A stretch of 64,000 nt of DNA from positions 219,728,001 through 219,792,000 of the forward strand of contig OX597814.1 in the NCBI GenBank assembly GCA_951406725.2, written 5' to 3'. Each line of letters opens with the position of its first letter. Position 1 is the first letter of the stretch. Made by a program: the position numbers and the translations under genes. The DNA is from Octopus vulgaris. Lineage: Eukaryota. Under the pieces are notes generated by a model. The model did no database searches. It was not told where the DNA came from and saw only the letters and a list, made by a program, of their open reading frames with translations. This document shows positions 39,438-53,794 of the stretch, in pieces.

Positions 39438-41263
39438 GTAAGATTGATATTTCTTTTTTTGTTTCTCTGTTTTATAAAAGGATGGTTTATTTTTATTTTA
39501 GATACGTTCTTGCCTGACAAGTGATTTGGTTCTGAGACTGTGTATTGGGACTAAAACAATTACATCATGGAAGACACGTATATGTTAGCCAACTTCACTT
39601 CAGTTGCAGTAGAGTCCTGTCTGTGACTAGATTGCAATTTGATGCAATGAAAAATTTGATACTAAATAATAAATGTTTAAATTGACAGTTTTTGCATTTA
39701 TTTTCCATTCTGTAATGATCCATTTTTAGTTTTCTAAACCATTTTTTGCTTTTCATTTAACTGTGTTTCGTGCTCTAAATTTACTCCCTGTTGAAAAGCT
39801 GTTCTATTAAAAAAAAAAACCAATGCAAAAAAAAAAAAAAAATAAGACTCTAATTCATGAATCCTTTATTACACGAAATAATAGAAATGATAAACCAAAT
39901 GCTCTACATAACGAACTCTTTTAATTTGGCCCTTTGCCTACCAGGTAATAAAATTTTATGATTTACTGGCTTTGATCCAATTGATTGTACACCCTCTCCT
40001 ACAGAAATTACCCTGATGTGAAATAGGTTAAATAGGTCTGTGCAATGAAGTTAATCAAATACTTTACATTAGGTACTTAGGTACATTTAGTTACACCTTG
40101 AATTCAGCTAGCGCTAGCGTTGAGAAAATAGGCACTATTAAGTCATGGGGTGGGGCGATTTGATTAACTACATCCCAATCCCAACACATTATATATCTGT
40201 ATACATACATAATTACACTCACACACACACACACACACACACACATGTATCTACATAACATACGTGAAGGTTTGTTGAAGATTACTCTTCAAATTCTTAA
40301 ATACTAACATGAAATGATGAGGAAGTCATCATCATCATCATCATCATCATTGTTTAACGTCTGCTTTCCATGCTGGCATGGGTTGGATGGTTTGACTGTG
40401 GACTGATGAGCCAGATGGCTGCACCAGGCTCCAATCTGATCTGGCAGAGCTTCTACAGCTGGATGCCCTTCCTAACGCCAACGTGCTTTTACGTGCCACT
40501 GGCATGAGGGCCAGTCGGGCGGTATCAAACACACATGCATGAATGTAGGATATCCAAACAGGAAAAGTACTCAATACTTGGAGTAGAGTGTATTTATTTG
40601 TTCAAGATTTACTTAGCTGCTGTTTAGTTTCTCACTTCATGCAATGCAATCCTTTGGGCAAAAATGCATGTAGGGACTTGTTTCGGGATTTATGGAATAA
40701 AGGCACAGTAGAATTCTATATTATTTTATTCTCATTGATCAGATAATGAGATAGATACCCAGCAACATTCAGAGATGCTGGAGAGAAATTTCTGTGGAAA
40801 TGGACAGTCTGTCAGTTACTTGTAGCTGGAGTGGGTTTGGGTTAGATGTTACTATTAAAGAGACAGTAGTGGTTAATTGTTCAGTGTGGTATTGTAGAGT
40901 GAAGATTTACTACTGTATAATGGTATCATGTCATGGTGAAGATTGTTATTAGGGTTTACTCACTTCATTCCTGTTAGAAATTTTAAATTTTGATTATTTC
41001 CATATAAATTATAATGCTGAAAATTCATTCAAAACTTGAAATTTTACTTACCAAAATATGCTGCAATCTCATTTTATTCTTCAACTGGTCTTAGCCTTTG
41101 GACTGTGGTCATGCTTTCAAAGAATTTTTTGTCAATCCGTTTGAGGTCTGGTACTTATTTTATTGTTATATAATAATTGAGTTGCTAAGTTATGTATTTG
41201 ACAAAGGGACAACTCAACAACAATAAACCTAAACTCAGACATGGATACACACATATATTTATA

Positions 41264-41765
41264 CCAGGGATGGGGAACCCTACGTCTGCAGGCGCAATTG
41301 TACCAGCTAGCCCATTTTATTGTGCCCACTTGCTGATATACTCATATGCACAAATTATAGCAAATTTTTCAATCATGAAATTTGTACAATATTTGTATGC
41401 CTATTTGCAACATAGGTCATGTTTCTACTATGATTTAAAATGGTCAGACTCAAACAAAAATCCTCTGATAATTGCCATTTGAATGGAAATTTAGTTTTCA
41501 CTATAAAACACATATTGCTAGGTTTGTACCATCCCCTTGAGACACGAAAAATATAGAATACCTCATAAGTAATATAGGCGTCCTAAATTCAGTGGCAGCG
41601 TTTATGAAGATGTTACACGTTAATTTAATGTGTTATCTTATCTTTACTAACATGTATTGAATTATACATAGATATATACAAAAGTTAGAACTTGTGATCT
41701 ACCCGCGGACCTTTTCCTTAGGAAATTTTTGCTTGCCGCAAAGATATATACAGTAGGCTGCCATT
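41264..41765. mobile_element. Possible old hAT-type non-autonomous element
   Basis: Left end CAGGGATGGGGAACC is hAT-like; only a degenerate right end (TAGGCTGCC) is visible. Confidence 0.35.
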
Positions 41766-43097
41766 GTCACATTTCATGCAGAAGATATTAGTCAACCCAA
41801 GGCTACAGTAGAAGATATTTGTCCAGGGTGTTATGTAGCTGAATTGTCCTTGAATTACATGGTTACAAAGCAAACTAACTACAATTGCTATGTCTCCACT
41901 ATTCATAACCGCCAGGTTTTACTGGTATCTACGTAAGGTGATTTAAAATATTCTGCATCTGTTGGAGCAGATAATTATTAATGTTTTTAAAGCGTAAAAT
42001 TTGACATTTCCAACCACTTGTCAAAGTGCATAGATAAGGTGTGTATATATTGTACGGTACCTGCGGGTGGAGTAATATTTAGAAAACCATTTGTTTTCAG
42101 AGTATTTGTAATTTGTGTTAGACTGTTCAAGCCAAGTGGGGTTTTTGTTCCCCTTTTTTTATCTTTTTTGAGCAGAAAGGTAAGATAATAAGAGAATTGA
42201 CAAGTGGCTCTAACATCCATGTTTTAGGAGAATCAAGAGGGCACAATAGAGTGTAATTGGTGCTGAAGAAATAGGCTGACCAGGTCACACCTCATCTTAT
42301 ATATGTATGTATCATATATAGGTACTGGCATGGCTATGTGGTAAGAGGCTTGCTTCTCAACCACATGGCTCTCAGGTTCAATCCTACTTCATGGCATCTT
42401 GGGCAAGTGTCTTCTACTATAGCCTTAGGCTGACCAGAGTCTTGTGAAAGGATCTGGCAGATGGAAACTGAAAGCAGCCCCTCGTGTGTGTGTGTTTATT
42501 TATTTGTGTCTGTGTTTGTCTCTCTCCGCTGCTTGGCAATCAGTGTTAGTGTGTTTGTGTCGCTGTAACCTAGCAGTTCAGCAAAGGTGTCTGATAGAAT
42601 AAGTGCCTAGCTTGAAAACTGGGTCCTGGGGTCGATTTCTTCAGCTGAAACTCTTCAAGGTGGTGCCCCAGCAATGGCTGCAGTCCAATGACCGAAACAA
42701 GTATGGGATAATGTTCTTTTTTTTTTTTTTTTTAACTTGTTTCAGCCATTTGACTATGGTCATACTGGAGCACCATCTTAAAAGGTGTTAGTTGAAGAAA
42801 TCGCCCCCAAGACTTGTTCTTTGTAAGCCTAGTACTTATTCTATTGGTCTCTTTTGCTGAACTGCTAAGCTACGGGGACATAAACACACCAGCATTGGTT
42901 GTTAAGCAATGGTGGGCGACAAACACAAGCACACAGACACAAATATATATATATATAAGGATATAGTTGAAGACACTTGCACAAGGTGCTATGCAGTGGG
43001 ACTGAACCTGGAACCATGTGGTTGGGAAGCAAGCTGCTTACCACACAACCACACCTATAGAAGAAAAGCTGTTAGAAGTCCATACAAATCCAAAATT

Positions 43098-43298
43098 ATA
43101 GTTAATACAAGTAGATAAAGTTGGAAAAGGCACAGACATATATTTTAGAGAATGTTCAATAAAATATTACCAGTTTTGATGTATGAAATATTCAAATATT
43201 TGATAAAATAGATACATCAAAACCAGTAATATTTTATTAAATATTCTCTGAAATATACTTCTGTGCCTTTTCCAACTTCATTTATGCTTTTTAACTAT
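43098..43298. repeat. ~200-bp AT-rich foldback
   Basis: AAGTTGGAAAAGGCACAGA (43118) pairs with TCTGTGCCTTTTCCAACTT (to 43278); inner arms TAAAATATTAC...TTTTGATGTAT also pair. Confidence 0.85.
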
Positions 43299-44447
43299 GC
43301 ATATATATCATCATCATCATCATCATCATCGTTTAGCGTCCGCTTTCCATGCTAGCATGGGTTGGACGGTTCAACTGGGGTCTGGGGAGCCCGAAAGCTG
43401 CACCAGTCCAGTCAGATCTGGCAGTGTTTCTACAGCTGGATGCCCTTCCTAACGCCAACCACTCCGAGAGTGTAGTGGGTGATTTTATGTGCCACCGACA
43501 CAGGTGCCAGACGAGGCTGGCGAACGGCCACGCTCGGATGGTGTTTTTATGTGCCACCGACACAGGTGCCAGACGAGGCTGGCAGACGGCCACGCTCGGA
43601 TGGTGTTTTTATGTGCCACCGACACAGGTGCCAGATGAGGCTGGCGGACGGCCACGATCGGATGGTGTTTGTTACGTCCCCAAAGCACGGAGGCCAGTCT
43701 ATGCGGTACTGGCTACGGCCACGTTCGGATGATTTTCTTGTGTGCCACCGGCACTGGTACCACAAAGATACAAATTCCATTGATGTTCATCTATTTTGAT
43801 TTGTTTTGATTTTCACTTGCCTCAACAGGTCTTCACAAGTGTCACAAGAAGGAAGGTATGCACAGGTGGACTGACTACGTCCCAGGTAGGGGCCACGGGT
43901 TATGGCCTGACTAGTCTTGCCGGGTCTTCGGATGGTGTTTTTATGTGCCACCGACACAGGTGCCAGATGAGGCTGGCGAACGGCCACGATCGGATGGTGT
44001 TTGTTACGTGCCCACAGCACGGAGGCCAGTCGGTGCGGTACTGGCTACGGCCACGTTCGGATGGTTTTAATCCAGGTGTAATATCTACCCCAGCCGTGAG
44101 TGTGTGTAGGTGGATATAACTGCAAGGTTAAAATATTTGCTTCCCAACCACATGATTGCAGGCTCAGACCTGCTGCTTGGTACCTCGGGCAAGTGTCTAA
44201 TACTATAGCCCCGGGCTAGCTCAAGCCTTGTTAATAGATTTGGTGGTGAAAGAAAGTATTATATCAACTGACAATACCTTTCACTGCTGTTCAGTATTGC
44301 TCTCCACCACCACCACCACCATCACCACTGCCTGTTGCTTCACCTTTCATTCTCCTCCCAGGTGAGTAAAATATATGCCAGGCAAATTACTTGTGCCAAT
44401 ATAGTTGACTACAGAATCCTTGAGCGCACAGCCAAATGACGTAATCC

Positions 44448-44486
<39 letters not shown>

Positions 44487-45783
44487 CACGTGTATGTAAT
44501 TTTGTTACATCAGTCATGGCACAGCTGACATTTTGCGTCACATTTGCACAGCTCAGTGTCTTCTGTATGTTTTATTCCATGATTATTTTGTTGAGTTTTT
44601 ATTCCCAGATTATGAAATGCACTTTTATGAAGCAGTTACTGCCCCAGGAGAGCATTCATTGTTGATTTTGGCATAATTTTCTTGTTTGTAGTATATGCCA
44701 GAGCAGCTGACTGTCTTCCGTGCTGGTGGCACGTAAAAAGCACCATTTGAGCATGATTGTTACCAGCATCGCCTTACTGGCACGTGAAAAAACCATTCGA
44801 GCGAGGTCGTTGCCAGTGCTGCTGGACTGACTCCTGTGCAGGTGGCACGTAAAAAAAACACCATTTGAGTGTGACCATTGCCAGTACTTTCTGACTGGCG
44901 CTTCTGCCAGTGGCATGTAAAAGCACCCACTACGCTCTCAGAGTGGTTGGTGTTAGGAAGGGCATCCAGCTGTAGAAACTCTGCCAGATCAAGATTGGAG
45001 CCTGGTGCAGCCATCTGGTTCACCTATCCTCAGTCAAATCGTCCAACCCATGCTAGCATGGAAAGCGGACGTTAAATGATGATGATAATCATACAGAACA
45101 GTTCATCGGTGTCCATTGTGGTCCTACTCCAAGTTCCTTGATAATGTTGAACATTTCTATAATCCCATAAAACATCATACTATGAATAATTCTTGTGATA
45201 GTTGTTTCTGAATACCAAGGAATTACTTCAGCCCCTTGTTATCATTTTCATTATTTAGAGGTATTGTTTAAAATATTCTCTGCCAAAGATGTGTTATTTT
45301 TATATATAGAAACTCCACTAGCATGCATTGGGGGCCCATGGGAAATTAGTTTTATTCAACAGCATTAACCCCTTCGTTACTATATTTATTTTGAGATGCT
45401 CTGTGTTTCTTTTAATTACTTTAAATATAACAAAGAATTTAGTAAAATAACTTACTTATCATTCAGATAGTGTTAGGAACGTAAATTGTGACTAAGGTTT
45501 GGTGGAAGATTTTAATTCAAAACTTATCAAAACAAGACATTTGTACTAAAGAGCCAGAGCCGGTTTCAGCCGGGTTGGTAATGAAAGGGTTAAGATGTAG
45601 CCACTACACATTTATAGGAAACACTGTAAACAATTCACAGCTAAAACATGAAGTCTCTTGAAATGTTAGTCTGTTCAGTCTCTGATGATCTTTCATAACA
45701 GCCACTCATGTATTAAAAAAGGAAAAAAACATACTCAGAAGGCTGCTATGAAGTACAATGCCTTATCTTTCTAAGTGTGAAAT

Positions 45784-46158
45784 TGTGGAAGCACTCCGTC
45801 GGTTACGACGACGAGGGTTCCGGTTGATCCGAATCAACGGAACAGCCTGCTCGTGAAATTAACGTGTAAGTGGCTGAGCACTCCACAGACACGTGTACCC
45901 TTAACATAGTTCTCGGGGATATTCAGCGTGACACAGAGAGTGACAAGGCCGGCCCTTTGAAATACAGGTACAACAGAAACAGGAAGTAAGAGTGAGAGAA
46001 AGTTGTGGTGAAAGAGTACAGCAGGGATCACCACCATCCCCTGCCGGAGCCTCGTGGAGCTTTTGGGTGTTTTCACTCAATAAACACTCACAACGCCCGG
46101 TCTGGGAATCGAACCGCGATCCTATGACCGTGAGTCCGCTGCCCTAACCACTGGGCCA
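45784..46158 (-). mobile_element. SINE family C copy (slightly 5'-truncated)
   Basis: Near-identical copy; TSD TAAGTGTGAAAT. Confidence 0.9.
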
Positions 46159-46267
46159 TAAGTGTGAAATATGCTGGTATCAAATGAGTATTCAGAAGGT
46201 TGTTGTTTTATAATTCATAAAATAATCTGTGTACTTTGTTAGTAAGTGAGTATTGCAGGATATCTTT

Positions 46268-49200
46268 TGTTTTATCACACATTCGGAGGGCGTGCCTTTG
46301 CCAATAACGTATCTCTACTCAATTACCAAACTCTCACTTCCCATGATTCGACTCAACACAACTCGACGTCTAGTCTACCGACGGCTCCCGCTCACTCTAC
46401 GCGATGCTATCATGTCCACTATTTATACGCATTGGACCAGCCTACTTATCGTCTGTGGGCGTCCACACAACACCTCCCCCTTTTGAAAGTTTTTGTTTTT
46501 TCTAAACCTGAATTTATCAATTTTATTTCCTTGGTGAGAAACTGGCATATCTTTTTCTCTTAGCATTAATTTCCATCATTTCTGTAGGTTTTCTCTTCCT
46601 GTTTGACCTACATATCGGTTCTACTTCTGCTTGTGGTTCTGGGACCTTGAACAAATCATACCATATATCCATTGGTTTCTCTTGCCTCTCTTGATTTTTG
46701 GTATATCTTTTTATTAACTGGCTTCTATGCCTTCTGTGTTCATATTTTGCTCCTTTTACCATGTACATCACGTTACCCAGACGTCCAGTCCTGTTTTCCG
46801 TTTCTATATATTTTAAAATGCACTTCATCACCTGTGTTAGAAAATTATGTTCTTCCCGAATTTTCTATTTTCTGTTTCCTACTCGGCAACAGTTTATCAA
46901 AAATAGAATGAATTTTTCTGGAAAACATCAATCTGCGGGTGACCTACCCGACTGCATTTAGATTTGATGTTATTCCATGCACCTGCAAGAACTTTGTCAT
47001 TTTTGTATCTTCAAAGGTTTCCCGTCTGGTCTTCCTTAAAGCTCTCTTTAATGTGTCAACGAATCCTTCCGCTAACCCATTTGACTCTTGGATGGTATAG
47101 CAGAGTTAACACATGCTTCATTTGAACTGACTTACAGAATCTTTTGAACTCCTTCACCGTGAATTGTGTACCATTATCTGACACAATCGTATCTGGCACA
47201 CCATAATGAGTGAATTCTTCTCCCAAGAAGTCAATAGTCACACTTGTGGTTGGCCTTGAACATTTACACACTTTAGGCCATTTGGAATAGCTATCCACCA
47301 CAATGATATAATGAGAGCCATTTATTGGTCCTGTGAAATCCACATACAGTTTAGACCTTGCCAAATCCGTTTTTGGCTACGGTTGAATCTGCACTGGGGG
47401 CGCCTTTGCTGCCATAGCGCATCCCTTACTCTGTTTTACCAGTCTCTCAATTTGCTTGTCCATATTTGGCCAATAAACGTAACTCCTCATGAGGCTCTTC
47501 ATCCGGACAATCCCCGCATGTCCTACATGAAAGTCTTTTAATACTCTGTATTGCAGCGCTTTAGATATTACCACTCTTTGTGCATATAATAATACCTCAT
47601 CACACTGAATAGTGCTCTGAACCTGCGTCCCACTCATTTATATTTATCGTGTTAGTCAACATTTTAAAAATCTTGTTTATGAACCTATCTTTTCCTGATT
47701 CCAATTTAATTTCTTCCAGCGTTACCGGCAAATCACGTACTACTTTGTACAAAATGTTCTTCACTTCCAGTTCTAGTTTTAACAATGCAATCACCATGTC
47801 TTCAAAAGGTTCCTCATATTTTGGAATTAGCCTCGACAACCCGTCTGCGTATCCCATTTTCAGTGATGGCAAAATCTCCATCTGGAAATTGTAGTTCAAT
47901 AGAGTAGTCCCCCAGCGCTGTAAGCGGTTTGCTGAGTGCGTGGGGATACCCTTTTATGAACCAAAAATAGACAGTAACGGTCGGTGATCTGTTTGCAGTG
48001 TAAACTTCTTCCCGTGTAAGAATTTATGGAATTTTTTTACTGTGAAGATTAACGATAACGCCTCTTTTCCAAGCTGGCTGTAGTTTCTTTCTGCTGGTAA
48101 TAGAACTCTCGATGCATGTGCAATAGTTTTGATTTTACTACCATTAAATTTATGCAATATCACAGCTTCTATTCCATATTCATTGGCACCCGATGCCACA
48201 ATTATTTTCAGGTTTGGGTCAAAATGAGTTAATGATAACTCTGATGTTAACCGCTTTTTTTTAATTCCTCAAATGCTTTCTGACATTCGTTTGTCCAGCT
48301 CCATTTCAAGTCCTTCTTTAGCAACTTGTTCAACGGAGCTCTTAGCTCATACATTTTAGATATGTACAACTGGTAATAACTTACCAGACCGAAAAATGCT
48401 TGTAGTGTTGTTTTGTTAGTGGGAGCAGGCATTTTTTTTATCGCGTCGATCCTAGAAGGGTTCGGTTTTCGCCCGTTTTCATCGATCACCTGTCCTAAGT
48501 ACTTTATTTTTATCAAGAAAAATTCCCATTTATCCTCCCTTACTTTGAACCCGTAATCACATATTCGGTTGAAAACCTCTTCTATATGTTCAATATGTTG
48601 GTCCCTCGATTCACTTTTGATCAATATGTCATCCAAGTATGGCACCGCGAACTCACAATCTGCTAGCATAGTATCCATCACTTACTGAAACATTGCTGGT
48701 GCGACCTTAACCCCAAATGGCAGTCTTTTGAAAAGGTAGAGACCTTTATGAGTATTGATTGTTAATACTTCAGCACGTTCTTCATCTACCAGTAATTGGA
48801 GGTAGGCCTCTGACAAATCCAACTTGGAAAAAATGTTCCCACCATTGCACTTAGCAAATATTTCTTCTGGGTTTGGAAGCGGATAATTGTAATTCTTTAA
48901 ACAATCATTAAGACCAGTTGAGAAGTCCACACATACCCTTATTTCGATGTTCTTCTTTTCTATGTAGAGAGTAGGAGCTGCCCACTCAGAGTAGTCTACT
49001 TTTTCAATTACCTCCATGTCTTCCAATCTTTTTAATTCCTTCTCAACTTGATTTAACGCTGCAAAAGGTACCGCATTTCCTTTCAACTCAAACTTTACTT
49101 TGATTTTTTTTTACACGTACTGAGTTCTTTCGAAAACACATCAGGCAGGGTACATCTTTTCCAATTTTAATTTCATTTTTTCCGATGCTTTCTCTGACAC

Positions 49201-50648
49201 GGACTGTGACACATTCACCTTGTTACATAGTGTATTCAGTGGTAGACCCCACAGGTCCAATCCTGTCCCAAACAGATTTATTGGATTCTTAATCACCATT
49301 AGTTTACTTTTCCGTGTCATGTTTTTAAGTTTTATTTCTGGTGAAATTTCGCCCAAGAATTGAACTCGTTCCCCTGACACACCGTGAGCTATCCTAGCAG
49401 TTTTTTTTATACATCAGCCTGCCTATCTTACTCCAAGATGCTGTATTTATTATCAATACGTCTGAACCGGTATCTAATTGCATTTTGGTCTGGAAACCAT
49501 TTATTTCTACCAACAAATTTTCGATTTTGTATGGTATAATTTACTTTTGTTGAGTAGACTTTCTTCAGTTTTTCAATTTTCTTTGACTGGCATTTCGTCT
49601 GTATACCACACTTAGAACATATTTTATCTTTCAAGGGGCAATCTTTCCTCAAATGTCCGTCTCCGCAACCATAACACCATTTTGAATTTATATATTTTCT
49701 TCTATTTGTACTTTCTTTACACATTTGTACATTCTTATTATTGTCTTCTATTTTTCTTGGATCATCTCGAAGGTTTATTATTTGTTGGCATTCCTCAGCC
49801 AAGGTTAGTATCACATCCTGATTCAGCTTTGATAATATTCTTTTTTCTAATTTCCGCATCTTCTGTTGCCACCAGCCCTTTAATGAACATTAGGCACTTG
49901 AACATATCTGGCGTTAATTCTTCCAGCTTAAACCTTTTCGCAAGCCTTATTAACCATACTGGCATATGTTACAAAATCATCAGCCTCGTTTTTCTTCAAA
50001 TTTAAACATTCCCACCAAATGTTAATCTGCGAACTTTTCTTGCTAAAAATATTAGTTAAAATATTTATCGTTTCATCAAAACACAATTCCGCAGGCTTTC
50101 TTAGCAAAATAAAGTTACAAAAACTTTCATGTTCTGGAGGGGCAAGCTATCGTAAAAGAAGTCTTACCTTCCTTTCTCTAGACCATCCCTTGCATTCCTC
50201 TTGGAATATGCCATCGTATCGTCTGTAATATGCAGTAAAAGTAGTTCCTTCATCCGGTTTGTTGTGAAATTCTTAGATGGAATTTGCAACCCCGTCTGCT
50301 GAAAATGATTCTGTCATATTTCTTGACTGCAGTAACAATTCTGTTAACTTCTGTAGCTGCTGCTGCTGGTGTTTGACAACTGCTTTCAGTAACTCTTCCA
50401 TTTTGGTACTATTCGAAACCTCGTCACCACTGTTATATCGCACATTCGGACGGCATACCTTCACCAATAATGTACCTCTGCTCAGCTACCGAATTCTCAC
50501 TTCCAACGATTCGACTCAACTGAGCTCGATGTCTAGTCTACCAGGGGCTCTGGCTCGCTCTATGCGATGCTTCTACGACCAGCTATCATGTCCACTATTT
50601 ATATGTATTGGACAAGCCTACTTATCATCTGGGGGCATCCACACAACA
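46268..50648 (-). mobile_element. Full-length but decayed Ty3/gypsy LTR retrotransposon (Mag-like)
   Basis: LTRs at 50431-50648 (5') and 46268-46472 (3'), both TGTT...AACA. PBS TGGTGACGAGG (50419-50429) resembles the tRNA-Ser(GCU) 3' end; PPT AAAAGGGGGAGG (46473-46484); TSD TCTTT/CCTTT. Broken ORFs give gag CCHC (CYGCGDGHLRKDC), RT (YLDD), RNase H (TDHRPL) and integrase (VSDNGTQF) in gypsy order. Confidence 0.93.
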
Positions 50649-51996
50649 CCTTTACTTCTCTTTTTGTTGTGATTTGTAGTGGAGACCAAGTGCCCAGCTG
50701 TGATCTTATTTGTCATTAATGTGAATTTGCTGGAATTGATCTGAGACTGATTAGGGGAAGTTATTATGTTCATGACTTTGACATTTACACCTTAACTAAA
50801 GTAGATCCAGTTTCATTTCAAGAATGCACTCTGGACCTGATTGGTAAAAACATCACTACGAGTGAGATATAATTTCTCTATTACATATTGTTTTAAAATG
50901 AGAAAAAAATTTGGTTTCCAAACAAGATCTCGCAGTGTATGTCCGTGGCTGACACTTGTTGGTTTTCTCTTTGCCTTTGGTCAACCTTGATTGAATATAC
51001 CGATAACACTAAGGAACTTGTTTTTTGTATCTCAACATTGAAAATACTTGACTCTTACAGTATTTTATGCTGAATCCAAGTAAGTTTGTAACATTTCTCT
51101 TATCAAGTTAGTTTCGTGTGGAATGCAATTTTTTTTTATAGATATACATAGTTACATACTTATCAAAGTGCAATAAAAGTACATGCTTCTGTAGTTTAAA
51201 AAGTAACTTGGTCTGTTGTACTTTACCTCAGATAATATCTCTTTTAAGAGTCCATCAGTAGTCAGCAACCATACTGGGCTCCACTTACCTGCTAATGCTC
51301 TTTCTTGTTTAGCAGACATAATCTATTGATGCAAAGGTTCACCAAGCTCCTCATTTACAGCATCAAAGTTTTCTGAGAGAATATCTGATAACCCTAATCC
51401 TAATCCTTTTGTTACCATATTTCTGTTGAAATACACTGACATTGTTTCAACTAAGATGGAAAATGATGAAGAATTTAGTAAAGTAAATTTGTTTATCATT
51501 AATCTGGTATTTGGAACACAACATAAAATTTTGATGCAATATTTCAGTCTAGATCACTTGTAGAACAGTAAGTTTGAATCATAGAACCAGGGGTAGTCTC
51601 AGGTAGGTTGGTATCAAAAAGGGTTAAGGGCATATTACATCTCACTATTTGATAAAACTTATGGTTGCTTGCCACTTTGTTATAGTTTTTAGCCTTGAAA
51701 TTTCCTAAAAACTTGGCTCCCTTACCGTTAAAACTTTGGCATGCGGCTTTCCTGAATTCACTCGACTCTCATTTATACCCCCCATCACTCAACAGTTCCC
51801 TGATCTGAGGGTGTACAAAAATAATTATGGCCTTACTGACACAGGGTAATCCAGTTTGCATTTCTCTCTCTCCTCACTTTATAACAAAGTTTTTCAGAAG
51901 TCCCAGCTTGGTGTACTCAGGAAAAAAAAAAGAACACTTTGTCAGTGAGAAGCAAACCATTCAAAACATTTTCTCTTGTTTGAAACAAGTTAGGTA

Positions 51997-52650
51997 TATA
52001 ATAATAATAATGAAATTATTGTATACAGTGCTCAGGTGCTCCACAACTTGTCAGAAAGTGCATATAAAGTACATGCAGTAATGTAGAAATGTCTGGAAAG
52101 CGAACAATGTATGAGTCAGATACATGCTTGTGTGTGTATGGAGGGGAGAAAATCAAGTGTAGTGTTGGCGAATCTCAGGAAGCATGGAAGTTTTGAAGGA
52201 TGCAGTGCTCCGACAACTAACAACTGATGCCGGCAGTTTGTTCCATGCTTCAGCAACTCTCAGCGTGAAAAAATGTTTCCTGAAGTCATGGGAGCTGTAC
52301 TGTTTTCTTACTTTGTAAACATGTCCACGGGTGTTAGATGGGTGGAGTTCGAAAAGGTGCTCAGAGTTATTGTTTGTGCGATGGTTGATAATTTTATGGG
52401 TGTCTGCCAAGTCAGCTGCCAGACGTCGGAGTTTCAATGTGTCCATGCCCAGGGAAGTAAGGCATTCAGGATATGGCAAATGCCTGATGGAGGGTATTCT
52501 TTTGGTTGCACGTCGCTGAACAGCTTCCAGACGATTGATATCCTGGGCAAGATAGGGGTTCCAGACCGGTGATGCAAATTCCAGGTGAGGTCTTACCATA
52601 GCTATATAAAGCCGCAGATAGATAACCGGAGAGCGGCTCACAAAGAATAT
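51997..52650 (-). mobile_element. 3' fragment of a second CR1-type LINE
   Basis: ORF 52153-52701 has VRPHLEFASPVWNP, LEAVQRRATK and FFTLRVAEAWNKLP; (TTA)n tail on the minus strand near 51997-52010. Confidence 0.88.
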
Positions 52651-53748
52651 ATTAACCAACACTTCAAAACACTGTGCTTTTGCTTGTCTCTGTTGTCCCA
52701 CTCACATAAAAATAAAACAACAGAACTTGGTGTAATTTAGCTACAACCCTTATAAAAGTGCAGTGATCTCCATATGTATTCAGCTTACATTTCTGATGTT
52801 GAACTTTTTGTAAAAACAACTTCATGTTGTGTATAACTTCTGTGATTGCAGCACATAACATTGGTGTAGAAAAGTATACACTTTTCGCTATGAAGAAAGA
52901 CTGCTTTCTGAAGAATCAATGAACAAATGTCATTTGTTTACTTCATGGGAGAACCATTCTCTGAATTCACCATGGCAGCTGTGGAAACATTAATTTTAGT
53001 GTTGCACTCTTTGATCTTGAACCTAAAATTTAATTTAGTCCTGTCTCTCTGATAAATTCAAATCATGAACATAGTCATTCAGACAGTTCTGTGACTATAT
53101 ATACGTGTTTCATTGAAAAAAATAGTAATCTGAACTGTTGGTTCAGAAAATGACTTCCTCTTTTTCCCTATAAAATCCTCCAGCTTAAAGTATCATATGG
53201 AAGCATTTGTATTGGAAGTTGAGTTCTGTGGAGAACTGGTTTCAGGATATCATCCAAGTAAGCTCTTTGGTTTTGAAGCGATTCCTTTTGTACTCAGACA
53301 GTAGAAATAATAGTCTCACGTGCGACCTTCGGATTTTCCTCCAAATCATCGGAATTGTAAATAATGTGGTGGTGACTTTTAGCTATCCCTTTTTCTAGTC
53401 TTACACATACCACAAAGGGAAAAAAAAAAAAATGTAGCTAGCACAAATCTTGTCCTATTTTCCCAGTTTACATTCAAAATAATTTTCATAGCATTTTTTT
53501 CTTCTAATAGTAGGAAATTATGTTATTGAGATCTTTGAAGTTAGATCACCACATACCACATTAGAAGAAACTAGGATGATTCAGGCGAAGGAGTGGCTGT
53601 GTGGTAAGTAGCTTGCTTACCAACCACATGGTTCCGGGTTCAGTCCCATTGCGTGGCATCTTGGGCAAGTGTCTTCTGCTATAGCCTCGGGAGAACCAAT
53701 GCCTTGTGAGTGGATTTGGTAGACGGAAACTGAAAGAAGCCTGTCATA

Positions 53749-53794
<46 letters not shown>

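Noticed and set aside
39438-39517. Hydrophobic C-terminus of ORF 38867-39517 as a stand-alone chromodomain protein
   Set aside because: It is read-through past a strong donor (AG|gtaaga) into T-rich intron, and the ORF start is an acceptor-adjacent GTG.
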